A DNA stretch of 56,970 nucleotides, counting the filler, from Bipalium vagum (taxonomy: Eukaryota), in NCBI GenBank assembly GCA_037834085.1. It is 3 parts of 3 records of this genome, joined end to end, with 100 filler letters (N's around TTAATTAATTAA, not from the genome) between each part and the next. Parts side by side here need not be neighbours in the genome. Positions count along the whole stretch, not along the records: positions 15,661 to 32,281 come from JBBMKC010102200.1; positions 32,382 to 56,970 come from JBBMKC010199609.1; 1 more part is not named here. One strand, 5' to 3'. Shown here in pieces: positions 26,457 to 40,600 of this stretch. How positions within the stretch are numbered: the stretch's first letter is position 1; every line of letters starts with the position of its first letter. A program made the translations under genes and the position numbers. The notes beneath the pieces were generated by a model. The model did no database searches, was not told where the DNA came from, and saw only the letters and a list, made by a program, of their open reading frames with translations.

Positions 26457-28996
26457 AGATGTTCTCTTAACATAAGGTGCATGAGGATTTTTCAGATTTA
26501 ACGTTTTCTTAAAGAAAAAACGAAAAATTATTTTTTAGCAGCTTGATATCTACTGATATCTGTCTACCACCATTAGTTTATGCTTTTTATTTTGTTTGAA
26601 TTTAGATATTTATTATGATTATGATTATTATTATTAATTTATTGTCTTACAAACGACCTAGAGACAGATTATTTGCCATTTGATATCCCAATCCTTGAAA
26701 TTAATTTTATTAAAATATATTTTGGCATGTGAAATTTTGTTCATTTTCGTTTTGCAAACATTTTCATAAGGAATTACGTCTCATATCACAGAATTATCCC
26801 AGATTTCTCCGGGACAATACAGCCAATCTTCAAAAAAATAATGAAAATATATTGAAAAATTTCTTCTTTAAAAATTGTTCAAATTACTACATGAAAATCA
26901 AAAATGACTTTTGCGCAGATAAAAATTACAATTTCTTCATTTTTTGTTTAAATTTTACTATATAGGATTTATAGACGAATTTAATAGACATTTATTTAAT
27001 AAATGTATTAAGAAAAATTAGTTTATTATAATAATTCTATTCGAATCATTTGCATTATGCGTACTACCTATTTGTTTAAATAATTCAAGGTTATTGTTGT
27101 TAATGAAAATAATTGGTGAAATGTATTGATAAAAATATTGAAGAAATGTTTAAATTATTAAAAATTGGAAAATTTTTCACAAACTGATTTTTAAAAATAA
27201 TTAATTATTATTGTAATATAAATCTGACCTGACAAAAAAGTAAGAAGTCCTTATTTGTATAATATATCGTGAGTGGTGTTGCTTAATGAAATTCACTTGA
27301 AAGACAAAGGTACATACGAAAGGTGAATGCTCTTGGCTACTCTTATCCTTACTTAATGTACACATTTGGTAAGCTCTAAATTAATTGTGCAATGAATCAT
27401 ATGTATTCAACCAGTATCATCACACTGCTTTGCTTAACCGTAGACTCATGATGTTATAGTTTTGTTAAGTTCCTAAAAAGTGACTGATTTTAAGTTAAGA
27501 AAATCGAAATTGGGCTTTTAGGTTTAAAGTATTTAATATCAGAAGGGTTTAAAGATGAACGTTCTAGCACAAAACTAAAAATCACTGTCACAATAAACGA
27601 TCAAATTAAAAATTCAAATGAACTGAAATAACACAAATGGTTTCAAAGTATTTATTTGCAAATCTGATTTTTACATTTAAACTCTTTATGGGATTCTCAA
27701 GTTCAGATATCTTTTGACACAAACTTAGTTTAATGCTCAAAGTCCTCAACAATTTACCAGCAAGCGGCTGTGCAAATTGTGAAAACAAAAAGAAGAAAAG
27801 GGAAAAAATAAAACTTTATTTGATTCTCGAAAAGCTTTGAGCACTTATTTAGAAGAGTTAGTTAATAATAGTATTGAATTAAGAGTCTCACATGATTTTT
27901 GCAATCTTGACCCTCATCAACCCATAATTTATGGTATTTAGGATTCTCAATAAAGATTTTCAATACAGTCTTATAAATTTTAATGAAGTAAGAAATGAAA
28001 TAGAAAATTATTCTTGAAAACTGCGAAATGTTTTGAGCTAAATGATTTTAAAAAAATACAATATTCAAACAAAATTTAAAAATTATATAGAATTGTATAA
28101 TATAATATAGTATAATATATAGTATAATATAATACTCAATTTGAAATATTTATTTCGTTTATTTCTTTTTTCTCAAAATGTCTCTAATAATCAATAAATA
28201 AATATTCAAATCAATATAATATGATTGTTTTTATTTTAGATAGCCAATTCAGGTGAAAATGTTAACACAAGAAAATATAACGCTGAAAATAATAAATAAA
28301 CTTAATAATTAAAACAAAAACTTGAAAATTAATTTTCTTCGTGAGATCTATTTCTTCTCAGCAAATTGTGAAAAGTTTCTGTTATGTTGTATAGTTATTA
28401 AAACAAACCCTAATGTAAGAAATAATTAACTCAAACTATCATTTTCATATTAAAAGCAATTTTCTTTAGATATTTTTGCATCTTGCGAAAATAGGAAATT
28501 GCCAGTTTCAATATCGATATTGCCAAAAATAAATTTTCCCTCATATATATACATATATATCATATTTGAATGTGTATAAGAAAGATAATCACAGCTGAGA
28601 GGAATAGAATCTCAGGTTCGGACTGTCAGTACCGATATGATACAATACTTTTTTATTTCCCATGTTACTACATCGTTATTAGTATTGTAGTTATAGTTAT
28701 TGGAAATAAACCGGTTAAAATTTTTGAGTATAATTCCTTTTCTAATATATTCTGTAGATAATTATTTAGTGAGTCATACTAAATGTACAAGTTGAAAAGG
28801 ACGATTTTATAAACCCTATTTCCATTTATGAAGACAAATTGTTTTAATATTCATATAAATGTGGTGCAAATTTAAGGTAAATGAATATCGTTTAAAATAT
28901 GATATATAAGGAGACAGTGTTTAAAGAAGAAAAGAAATATTAAATTTTATTTGAAAATTCAGTAACTCGCCAAAAGAATTTTTAATTTTAAGAATA

Positions 28997-29510
28997 TACT
29001 TAGTCCATACCATAAAAAACCAGATTAATTTATTTTTAGAAAAGAATCTGTAAGTCTATTTTGTTTAATTGATTTAATATTGATTATATATCAAATGATA
29101 AGAAAATATTAATCTTAATCCATTAGGAGAGGATTCTCATGATAATTGGCAAAGTACAGCAACAGTACGAAACAATTGAAAGTCTGTGCGATGCATTCAA
29201 TGTTAACAAAGATTACGCATACGATTTTCGAAAGAATTTTTTTTGAAACAGGTACTCTGAACAGAAAGAGTGGTTTAGGAAGAAAACATATCGAAGGATA
29301 TATTGATAGACGATAACGAGTTGTGGAATCTGTTCGGAAGCGGTTATCCGCTAGCGTTATGTGTATTTCAGAGTAGAATAAGAATCCACAGAAAGGTTTA
29401 AATGTTAATGTACCACATTCGTTATAATTAAATTTGTTAATATTATTTGCCTTATTTTATTACTATTATTAATTTTCACAAATCGGGTTTTTTATGGTAT
29501 GGAGTAAGTA
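28997..29510 (+). mobile_element. non-autonomous Tc1-like element (~514 bp) with ~30-bp TIRs and TA flanks
   Basis: tacttagtccataccataaaaaaccagatt versus the reverse complement of aatcgggttttttatggtatggagtaagta; internal ETGTLNRKSGLGR remnant. Confidence 0.8.
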
Positions 29511-30039
29511 TAAAATTTAGTCAGGAAGAATCACAATTAATCATTTTTTAAGTAAAATAAGTTTGATAACAAGATAATCTGAAGGGCGACGGTTGCAAGA
29601 GATTGTGAAGGCTTAAATAATAAAATAAATTGAAGGTGAATTCCAAACCGTCTCAAACATTTTTATACTTTTTCCCTGACTTTTAGAGTATTTCTTTTTC
29701 AAGTTTTCAATATTTCCTATAGAACGTTGACCAGTGAAAACTTACTCTCCATATAATATGTATTTTATATTTCAGAATTTAATTATCAAAAATACAAATA
29801 AAATTGCGTGTTAGAAATAATCCAAAAAAAATTACGGAATAATTAAAATCATCCATTTTTGATGAAATATATTTTACGATTCGTTAGAAATAGTTACGAA
29901 CATATTTTCATAATTTTGGCAGTTTAACAAAGAAATACTCATTAAAATTTGCAAAAATTTTTAATAATATTTACTCTAAAAATATTTTCCTTTATTATAT
30001 ATAATATAATTGCTGGTTTTAGTATTCATAAGTTAACTT

Positions 30040-30480
30040 ATTGGGTGCCCTGAAAAGAGACAGGGTATTTTACAAGTACCGTTTTAACCACACTTATTTC
30101 GCATTAAATTATCGGCTTGTAAATAAAATTAGTTTTATTATTATTAGTTGGATATCTAATCGATTATTTGTTTAAATAATATCGTTGCTAAATAAATATA
30201 ATTTGAAATATGAATTTGACAAGGACTCAAAAGTTACTCACCTAAGGATAAAAGAAATTTATTTGAAAAATAAATTGAGTGAAACCAAGTGCAAGGTATG
30301 GTTCAATCGATTCAGAAATAATGACAGAAGCCTGGTAGACTTGTCAACAAAACTGGTCAACCATCGATTCCGGATACTGAAGCTGTACAAAAATTGACCA
30401 AATTGAATGACTGTTAATCTCCATTGTGTTGAGCAGGAACTCATACAAAGCTGTGATAAGATTTCCACAACATTTATCAA
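30040..30480 (+). mobile_element. mariner 5' relic
   Basis: ORF 30185: LKYEFDK..CKVWFNRFRNNDRSLVD. Confidence 0.7.
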
Positions 30481-30589
30481 ATGAGCAATTACTAAGAGGA
30501 TTATGATTTCAAACGCAAATCTAAACAGACAAGTCGAGAACGTAAAGTTCTTGCCAAATTTTAAACAATAATCAAAATCAAAAATTTTT

Positions 30590-31520
30590 TAAAAAAGATA
30601 TTTATTTAATCCAAAATATAGTTTCCATTATTTTCAACAACTTGTCTCCATCTATCTAGTAAGCCATCGATACCTCTAGCAAAAAAGCTTCGGATTTGGA
30701 CTCGAAGAAAGTCACAAGAGTCGATTTAACATCACTCGAATCAACGAATGATTTCTGGTCCAGATAATTTTGCAAGGTACGAAATAAATATTAGTCCGAA
30801 GGAGCAATGTCAGGCGAACATGGAGGGTGAATAAAACTTCCCAACCCAGTTCATCTACCTTCCGATGGGTTTTGATTGCAAGGCTGGCCTTGCATTGTCT
30901 TGGTATAGAATAACAGCCTTTCGATTGGCTAAATTCGGACATTTATTATGTATTTTATATGATAATCGTGCCAATTGTTCACAGGACAGATTGGCTGTAA
31001 TTGTTTCACCAGGAGGTAACAATTCGAAATGTACAGTTCCCTTACCATTCCACCAAATATAAATCATGGTCTTTTTTGCATGGATATACAGTTTTGATGT
31101 GGTAGGAACTGGTTCACCTGGTAAAACATAGGTTCTTTTACGCGTGACATTACTGTGACAAATCCATTTTTCGTCTCCGGTTATCAATCTGTCAAAAAAT
31201 GGATCATTTTCATATCGTAAAAGTTGAGAAGAACATGCAAAAACACTATCTATTTTGTTTTTTTCTGTGAGATCATGAGGTATCCATTTAGACCATTTTT
31301 GAATAAATCCAATTTATGAATATTGGCTGTAATAGATGTTTGTGAAACTTGGAGTCTCTTCTCTAATTCTCTTTTAGTAGAAAATGGGTAGAACAGAAAG
31401 CCTGCCTGAACGTGGTTTATCTTCCAAGCAGAATTTTTCATTTTGGAATTTTTGAAACCAGAACCAAACTGTTCTATCTTTTACAGTTTCCTTTCCGAAT
31501 ACCTTAAACTGTTAACTCAA
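30590..31520 (-). mobile_element. mariner DD34D transposase pseudogene
   Basis: ITGDEKWI, KKTMIYIWW, FELLPPGETITA, ILYQDNARP, GWEVL; frameshifted. Confidence 0.92.
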
Positions 31521-32281
31521 ATTGCTACTGTCAACAATTGACAGACTGGCTGATGCACTCTTGCAAACTAGCCTATATTCAGCCAATGAAAAATGTGTTA
31601 TATTTTAAAACTCAAAAGTTATTTTGGTCATCTTAATTTTTCCTATAATTTACACTTCTTTCAGTTAGAGTTGGTGAGCATTTAAAGTGAAAATTTAATA
31701 AACAAAATAAAAATTGTCAATGTGAAACTGCAATACATAAGTAGTTAGATGTATTTCTCCACTTCCACTCATAGCATCAAGAGTTGCTATGATGTTGTTT
31801 CAATTGAAGAAAATTTTACATTTCAAATGTTTAAGTAAATTTGAGCATAATAGTGATTCAGGTAGACTGACATCATAAAGATGTTATGCATCATATTGTA
31901 TGTTTTGTATGTATTGTATTCCTAAATAATGAATCTTTCAGTAAATAGCTGTAAATTGTCGACCAACAGTTATCATTTAAAAAAAACAATCAACATTTAT
32001 TTTATAACACGTATAGGTCTGTCTTTCTCATATTTTTTTATTTCTTCTTATCGGTTACATCTTTTTTAATAATTTTTCTTTTTTTTGCCATACATTCATC
32101 AGCAACCATCAGCTACATCAATAGTGAGCATATGGTATTGTAGCATTCTGCAATAGTGCTTTGCAAGTATTTATCAAAATATTGTGCAGCATAAATTCTT
32201 CATTATTCATAGTCATCTTTTTCGCAAGCAGTCCTAGTCAATATACAAGCGAGCATGCTATTCAATAAGACCCAATGTATG

Positions 32282-32381
32282 NNNNNNNNNNNNNNNNNNN
32301 NNNNNNNNNNNNNNNNNNNNNNNNNTTAATTAATTAANNNNNNNNNNNNNNNNNNNNNNNNNNNNNNNNNNNNNNNNNNNN
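32282..32381. other. assembly gap with artificial TTAATTAATTAA spacer
   Basis: Identical 100-nt construct. Confidence 0.98.
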
Positions 32382-34656
32382 AACTTCGTACCGCGCAGCT
32401 AACTGGGCACGCTCTTGTAACGTCAAACGCTTGGTCATATTAATTTTAAATCTTAATAAGAAAAAAATCGATTTAATTTATATGTTATAAATACCTTATA
32501 AGTTGAAAAAAATAATTCCAATAATTCAATAGGGAGTATAATAATTCAACCTGTATATGATTCAGCGACTCAGGAAAATTATTTTGGCCTCCTAACATTA
32601 ATAGCGAATACACACATGGTTAGGTTCAACCGAAAATTAAACATCGGCAGTATGTTACCAAAACCATCAATTTTATATGAATCTTTCCCTTTATAGTGAT
32701 CTATATTTCGAATACTGGTAATTGAACATTATAGTTTTTCAATGAGAGTTGATCTCATTCTCAATTCCATTGAATGCTGAATTTTAAATAATCTCTTGAT
32801 CTTGAAGTTCAGTTCTCAGTGTAAGTTGTTAAAGTATTACTAAAAAATATTAAATAAATAAAATCAATAAATTACGAACTTCAGTTTCATCACAAAAATT
32901 GTGAATTATTATTCGAAATAAAATTTATAAGGATTTATTGTCACACCGTGAGACTTTTAATTTTAATCGTAACTTTTAACTGTTAATCATAAGTTAAATT
33001 ATATACATTTTCATTATATATATAATAAAAAATCTTTGTGAAAAAGTTAATTTAAAAATTAAATTTTTAAAATTAAGTTTAAAAAAATTAAAAAAAAACA
33101 GGAATTGAAAATCTCGTGGTTGAAAGTTCCCAATTGATGAAAAATATAATTATTGGCATGAAACATTTTAATTTTAATAAAATCGATTAATTAAATGATT
33201 TAATTTTTATTTTTTTATTCATATTTTATTAAATAAATAAATAAAGTCTCTCATTCTAATAAAACAGAATATGCAATGATTAAAATATGTAACTAAGTAA
33301 CCGATCTTCCACTGCCTTCGTTTCAGTAGCTCAAACGACATTAGTGAAACTTTTTCAACCTTTAATTGTGTTGTGGATGTTTCATTCGTTACCTTGTGAA
33401 TTTGTTTGTGTTGGGTTTGTGCCAGAAATAAATATAATAATATTTTTATAGAAAAATTATGGAATATGATTAATTAAAAAAATATTAAATTAATTATAAT
33501 TTATAAATAACAGAATAAATTAGATTTCTCTGAGCAAAATAATAAAATGAAACATTTTCTGTAAAAAAAATACTTTTCCCATGACATAAAAAACAAAATT
33601 ATCTTTGTAAATGAAAGTTAAAAATAGATTGCGTAATTAATTTTCATTAAATCCTCAAAATCTATTTTTTCTATAGATTTAATGAAATATTTGATTGAAC
33701 GTGTTAATTTTCGATTCATGAAAATTACGGAATTGATAAAATCTTAATAAAATTTCATTAATGTTAATAAAATCAATTTGATTTAAACAAATAAAGGTTT
33801 TCGAATAATAAAATCTGTACTTTGAACGTCAGTCACGGACATGTATGTGCAATATTATAATTATTAATTATAATATTGATTAATAATAAAATTAAAAATA
33901 TTATTACTATTATTATTCTAACCGAATATGAAAATAATAAATAAATAATTCTTGGAAAACATTAGCGGACGAATTGAAAATTATTAAGTCGAAACAATAT
34001 GAAAGTTTTCCGGATAGATAATCTGACCATAAAAGGCTTTCCTGTATATCTGCATTTTAAGAGGATTCAATCAATTATTATATATAATACTGGAATAAGT
34101 AAATTTAGTTTTGATAAATTGTACAAAAGAAATAGAAAATAAATATTTCTTGTTTATATTATTTATATTTCATTATTTATTTATATATTTACGAAATTTT
34201 GAAAAATAATATTTAATTAAAAATATATTCTCCTAAGATCAAAGTTAATTTTTAAAATGTATCGAAATTCAGTCCTATGTAATGATACAGTATCAAAACA
34301 CCCTTCTCAAGACCCACATGATATTGGATAACAGATTTTTTTATTTTAAAAAAAGTCATATTGAATATCATCTAGGATATTGTGATAAAATTAAAGTGAA
34401 ATTCGATATAGTAAACAGATTTAGCTACGAAATATTTTTTATTTATTTTTTATAAAAAATTAATTTTATCATTCAAAATTTATTAAATGAAAATTTTTAT
34501 ATGAAAGTAATAAATCCATCTTTTGATTTGGGTTGTTATTGGGATTGGTGTTTGTATTAATGTGTTGAAAGTTGATGTTCGACAGTTGTAAATAGTTGAC
34601 ATTTCAGATAAACCTTTCTCATTTTATGTGTTAAATTTTAGAAAGACAGAAAATAA

Positions 34657-35339
34657 GACGAGGGTGGATTGATAAGTGAGCTACCTGACAAACTAGTGTC
34701 GACACGATAAAAAAAATATAAACTTTACTATTGAGAAGTACAATCAATCAATTTAATAATATAAAGTTTTTATAATAATTCATGCGTTATGTTGTTTGTT
34801 TAAATCGTTTGAGATACACAACCTTTTAATTCTATGGAAAATGGAGGGAAATGAATTTCGTGTAGTGATTAAACACTACTTTTTTCAAAGGGAAAACAGT
34901 CAAGGAAACAGTAGAAGAACTCAAGAAACATTAGGATAAATTTGCTATATCACACTTTATGGTGAGATATTGATTAGTTTAATTCAAACATGGTTGATAA
35001 TGCAGAATTGACTAACAATGATTAGATCGTCCAAAACAGGTGACGGATAAATTGAAAATCTCACTGGAATATTCTGAGACAAGTTCTGTAAGGATAAATC
35101 TTCTTCGATAACAACAAATTTGGACTAGGGGAGGAAGTTTTGGTTCAACGACAACATATTTAACGGAGTATTTTGAAGCTTTTTATGAAAGCTCCCTTTT
35201 AGTGACATCATAAAGCTCGAGCACCGTTTGGAAAAGTGCATAAACCTAAAAGAAAATTATGTTGAAAAATAAAAATTAATTTTTAAAAAAAATTGTTTTT
35301 TTCTTACTAAGGTAATTTATTTATCAACTGACCCTCGTA
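34657..35339 (+). mobile_element. internally deleted mariner (Himar/irritans-like) with both TIRs
   Basis: acgagggt..ttgataa / ttatcaactgaccctcgta TIRs; MEGNEFRVVIKHYF joined to LEHRLEKCINLKENYVEK*. Confidence 0.85.
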
Positions 35340-35731
35340 AATTATAAGATAATAATTTCGTTTGACCTTATCCGTCAGCCATAGTATAAATGTCCTTTTA
35401 ATTGGTCAATTATTATTCTAATAATCTTGGTAGTTTTTAATTAATTTTTTTATTCAGAAAAACAAAAAATTGTCCAAATTAATTTTTAAAAATACCAATT
35501 AACGTCAATTAATTATTAATTAATTATCAAATCGCGTTCATTTAATTTTATATCATCTGCGATTAGTTTATAATTTTTTGTTTAAATTCGTGATAAGAAA
35601 TAATCTTGTTTTAATTTGCCATCGTTTTTTGTTATGCTTTGATGAATTTATTAATAATAATGAAAATGAAAATCTCTTAATCATTTCTCGTTATTTTTTC
35701 CATAATTTTTCAATTATTTTTCCATTGGAAA

Positions 35732-35777
35732 ATGCCAAATTGTGATCTTAGTGATCCAGATAGACATTTTCTGGATG
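35732..35777 (+). CDS. putative (alternative) first coding exon MPNCDLSDPDRHFLD
   Basis: ATG in aaaATG context, open for 46 nt, then G|gtaaaa donor in phase 1 matching the acceptor at 37762. No homology support. Confidence 0.35.
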
Positions 35778-37645
35778 GTAAAAACTGGTGATAACTCTAA
35801 CTTGAAAAGGTAAGATAATCAAAGGAAACGTTTTCTGCAAAGTTTTGATGTAAATAAGGAGAAATAAATTTGGAAATTTTCGAAGAAATTTTCCAAAGGA
35901 AATTAATATGATAATTTTCATCATTAAGAAAATAAAATTTTATTTATATTTTAATTATGTTTATTATTTTCTTAGTGGATTTTTGCTTTTTTTATATCAG
36001 AAATGTTGACATTTTAAATTTTTATATTTACATTCTTTTATTTTTTTTTCAATTAGAAATTTCCAATAGATATCACTTTTTTTTAATTAATTAATTTTAT
36101 TATTGATTTATTATTATTATTATTATTATTGAGCGGAGTGTGAACGCTTGTTTGGTTTTGTAATTCTTGTGATCATTTCCGTCCATTTTTTATATTTTTT
36201 TATATTTTAATGTAATTAATAAACTTGTAAATATTAATGGACTAATAAAAATATTGTTCGTTTGTTTGTTATTAAGTTACCAAATACATCTAAGACGTGT
36301 AACTTAATACTTTGATAATCCTTGATGGATGGATGTTTTGGGGAAATGTCAATTAACATAAATCTGTCCACATTTCCTAATGAAAATGATTTCGTTCAAG
36401 ATTAGGGGCTTTTTATGATTCTGTCTATTAGATAATTGTGCACTGTAACACAAAACTGGATAAAAATTTAGTATGAATATAAATTTTTGTTTTACTAAAG
36501 TAATAAAAATGATTTATTATAAAAGAAACTTTTTGTTATATCAAAATGACTATTTTATACTTTCGGATGCTTTATTCACTTTTTTAAAATTTTAATTTGT
36601 TTTAATAAATAAAATAAAGAAATATATTTTAAAATATTTTATTAATAATTTTTATTATAAACGAATTTCTTCCATTCTGACTGTCCAAAACAACCTCTCC
36701 AACTATGCAAGTGATGAATTGACAAGATCGATAAACGAACTAGGTCTTATTGTCTAGCTCTTGTGAATAATAAGTGATATTCAATGTCTAGCACATTTTA
36801 CTTTTATTCTTATGTTTTTTATTATTATTATTTTAATAACTAAAATAAGATTTTTATTATATTTCTTATTTTCAATTTTAATATAATTTTTTTAATATTA
36901 TTATTATTTATTATCAATGATTATTAATTATTTTTTTAATATTACCACAATTTAAAACTTTGCACAAGTGTCATAACAATAGTTGTTAAACTTATTATAT
37001 TTCTTCTTAATTATGTTCAACATTATATATTATGTGATATTTTGTAAAGACCATCCGGTATCGTTTTGTAAAGAAAAAAATAAGACGTAAATTTCATTGA
37101 TATGTACTACAATATAATGGAACTTGAGATGTGAGACTCTTACATCATTGATTCTGTAAAGTATTTGTTCACAGTTGTTTTTTATATTTTATATGCATTA
37201 TATTTCAACGCATTCCGATCATTGTTTAGATTATCAAATCATGACCGTTTCTTATGAGACGGATAACTCAACGTTTTGTTATTTGATTTATTTTTTATCT
37301 GGTTATTTTTTGTCGTTTTTTAGTTTATTTTTTATATAAAATTAACATTATTGATGATAACTTGTAGTGAATATTGATCCCTATCAAATTCATTTTTTGG
37401 TATAGAAAATAATGGATCAACTTTAAATAATATTTTTTTATTATTTTATCATATTTATTATTGGTATCATTAAGTTTTTGATTTCTTTTATATGTATTAG
37501 AAGTTTATCAACTCTCTTATAATTGCCTTTTTATCATCATTTTATTACTGAACGGAGAATGATTTTCACAATTTCTCTTGTTTTACTTTTAATTTTATTA
37601 TTATTAATAAAAATTAAAAATAATGTTAAAATTAAATTTAAAAAA

Positions 37646-37682
<37 letters not shown>

Positions 37683-40600
37683 CGAATTATTGTTTTAATT
37701 CGTAGAAATTGAATATTTAAATTAATTAATTGATAATTGTTTATTGGGTTTATTTTTCCAGAATCCGGTTCCAGTATTTATGATTATCCACCTTGGGAAA
37801 ATAAAGCTTTCGATGGCGTAAATAATAGAAGGAATTCGTGTAGGACGAGCCAATCCATCCGTAAGTATCAAAGATCGTAATCAATGATAATCATTCCGAA
37901 ATACCTGTAATGAGATACTGACCTTTGAAGTGATGCATTTCTTTGCGCATGTGCGATGTATGTATGTGAGTATGTGTTTGGGTATGTGTGCGTGCATTGT
38001 GTGTGCGAGTGTGTGATTGGTTAATATCAATGAGAAGGCATTGTCTGTAAAGATGATAATGATTAATAGAATGCGGTGGTGATGTGGGACTGGTTATAAT
38101 GGTGGCAGTATCCATTGTTATAGTAAATGACTGAATGAGTACCTTAATGTGAGATATATATTGGTTTATCAAACTATTTTGCATGACCTGGCTCAGTCAT
38201 CATTGATCATTATTGATCATGAACATTTTTGCTATTGACTTTGCTTAGGTAACTAAAACTCTTATCTCACTGTACTTCCACAAGCGAAGTAGGTGTCTGT
38301 GTGAATATTAAATGCACTTTAAGTTGTTATAAAGTATCGATAAATCCTCGATCGATAATTACAATCGATATTTTCTGAGAAAAATATGGCCTACAATTCT
38401 GCAATTTACAGAAGGAACATTTTCGTTATGAAAGCAAATACATGATAGAAGAAAAATTTGTGGAGAAAGATGCTTTATTTATACATGGATGTTTTGTTAA
38501 GAAATTTTATTATTTTGTTTGCTTTAACAAAAATAACTACTGTGGATTGATGGGAATGGGTTTTGTTTGTTTTATCAAACTTTCGAATTTATTTCCTAGA
38601 CAGAACTGGGAAAAGGTAAATGACTACTTAACTTGTTTCCAGTGATGAGAGAGAAAATATGATCTGAACTCGTTGCCCTTCATATATCTTAACTTTCATT
38701 AACTTCTTGATCAACGGTATTTTTTGTCAGTCTGTCTTTGGGACAACGTTAAAAGTTTGAGAACTTCATTGGGTTATTTAGAACAGCAAAATAAACTAAA
38801 AAAAATAAAATAACACTTTTGAAGTCTGAAAAGCTTTATGATTTAGAATTTCTATTTCATTCGTTACATATTCTTCGGCAATTCCATTAGTTTTAAGAAA
38901 AGTCGATTGAAATAGTCAAAGCTAGTACCAACCTAAAGATTTTTTTTCATTGATAAAAAGATGTGTACAACAAAAGATGTATAACAAATTATTATAATTT
39001 CGTCGGTAGTAAGAATATTACAATATGAACGATACAAATCTGGTCTGCAATTGATTAATTCTTTATAAAATTTTCTAAATCTTTATCAAATCACTTTACT
39101 CAGTTCAGCAGATGAGAAAAACTATAAGTATTACCTATTATGTTCAGAAATAAGTAACAATTTTTTCAATGATCAGTTCAAGATCTTCTATGAATTCTAG
39201 ACAAAGTTGATTAAACTCCTCTCTTGTTTCACTAACTCAGCAACTTCTCCATTGATTTAGACGAACAGAGGTTTTCAGCTGATATATTCAGCCTGATTAT
39301 AAAACGATTGTTTTAGAGAGGTCACTTAATTTTTCTGTAGTGAAAAAATTATGATGTACTTTTCCAATTTTTATATATTAAATCATTGCAAAGTTCTGAC
39401 CCGATTTTTAAAAAGATTATGAAAACTAAAATTAAATAAAAGAACTTTATTCGTTAATTACGTAATCACCATTAGTCTCTACAAACTGTTCAAACCCATG
39501 TTGATAGAAAATTCTTTGTTTTCCTTAAAATCTTACCAGTGAAACTATTGAATAAAGACGGAAATAGATAAAAACCAAGGGACAATATCTGTGAAGTATG
39601 GAGGGTTTTCCCAGTGTCTTGCGGAGCGTGGGATCTGGAATTATCTTGGTGAAAGACCGTTCCTCTTCGATTGTTTAAAGCCGATCATTATTGTTTTGCC
39701 GTATAGGAGAAGTTCAAAAATGTATAAATTCTCTGCAGTCTCACCAAGTACTCAGTAACATTTTTATTGAATGTAGGCTAGTCTTTGCAGCAGTTTCTGT
39801 GCTTTCATCTATGTTTTACGATATTGTACAGAATCCAATTTTTTATCATGACTAATCTGACCAAAAAGGTTCTTTATTATTGCGTAAAATGAATGAAATT
39901 GCGAAATTCATGAGATTCAATTCATCTGTTTCAGATAAGTTTTGTGGAACACATGTATCGAGCTTGTATATATTCTAAAATTCTTAAATGGTGAAATGCG
40001 TCAAAAGGTTTGAACTCAGATTTCTCGGCATCTCATCTGTTGAAATCCGTGAATAATTTCTTATCAGAGTACAAATCACTTTCTTATCGATAACGGAAAG
40101 CCGTCCAGAGTTGAATTTATCTGCTACTGTTCACATAACGAATTGTTGCCAACCATATTTTAATGATTTTGAGAGAAGGAACAGCAGCTTAGTTAAATGT
40201 TTTTCCACTTGGCTCCAATTTTCATGCCTTTCCGGAACTTTTGAAGTATAACATACCATTTTTTCGATGTTCACATCTTGAAGTACCGCTGAAATGTTAA
40301 ACGACTATTTAAACAAATTGTTGTACTGAATTATTACCTAATATTATTTTTTTTTGGATACAAAATTATATTTATAAACCTTGAGCGATCACATGGCACA
40401 CACTGTCTCAAATCGGACCAGAGCCTTTGTAATTACCTAATACTTCTTGATACTGAGTTTAGATTCGAAAAACAAAAAAGTGACATAAATAAATGTAAAA
40501 TATACATTCAATTGTAGATCTCCTTTTATAGATGAAATCAAAAACTAACTTTGATTATCAAAATATGAGGATCAAAAGTTAGTGCATTTATTATGCATAG

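Noticed and set aside
27600-28030. Possible Penelope N-terminal remnant (PIIYGI)
   Set aside because: Only one short motif; insufficient support.
37891-38184. His/Thr-rich - strand ORF
   Set aside because: By-product of the TG-rich intronic tract; no coding signature.
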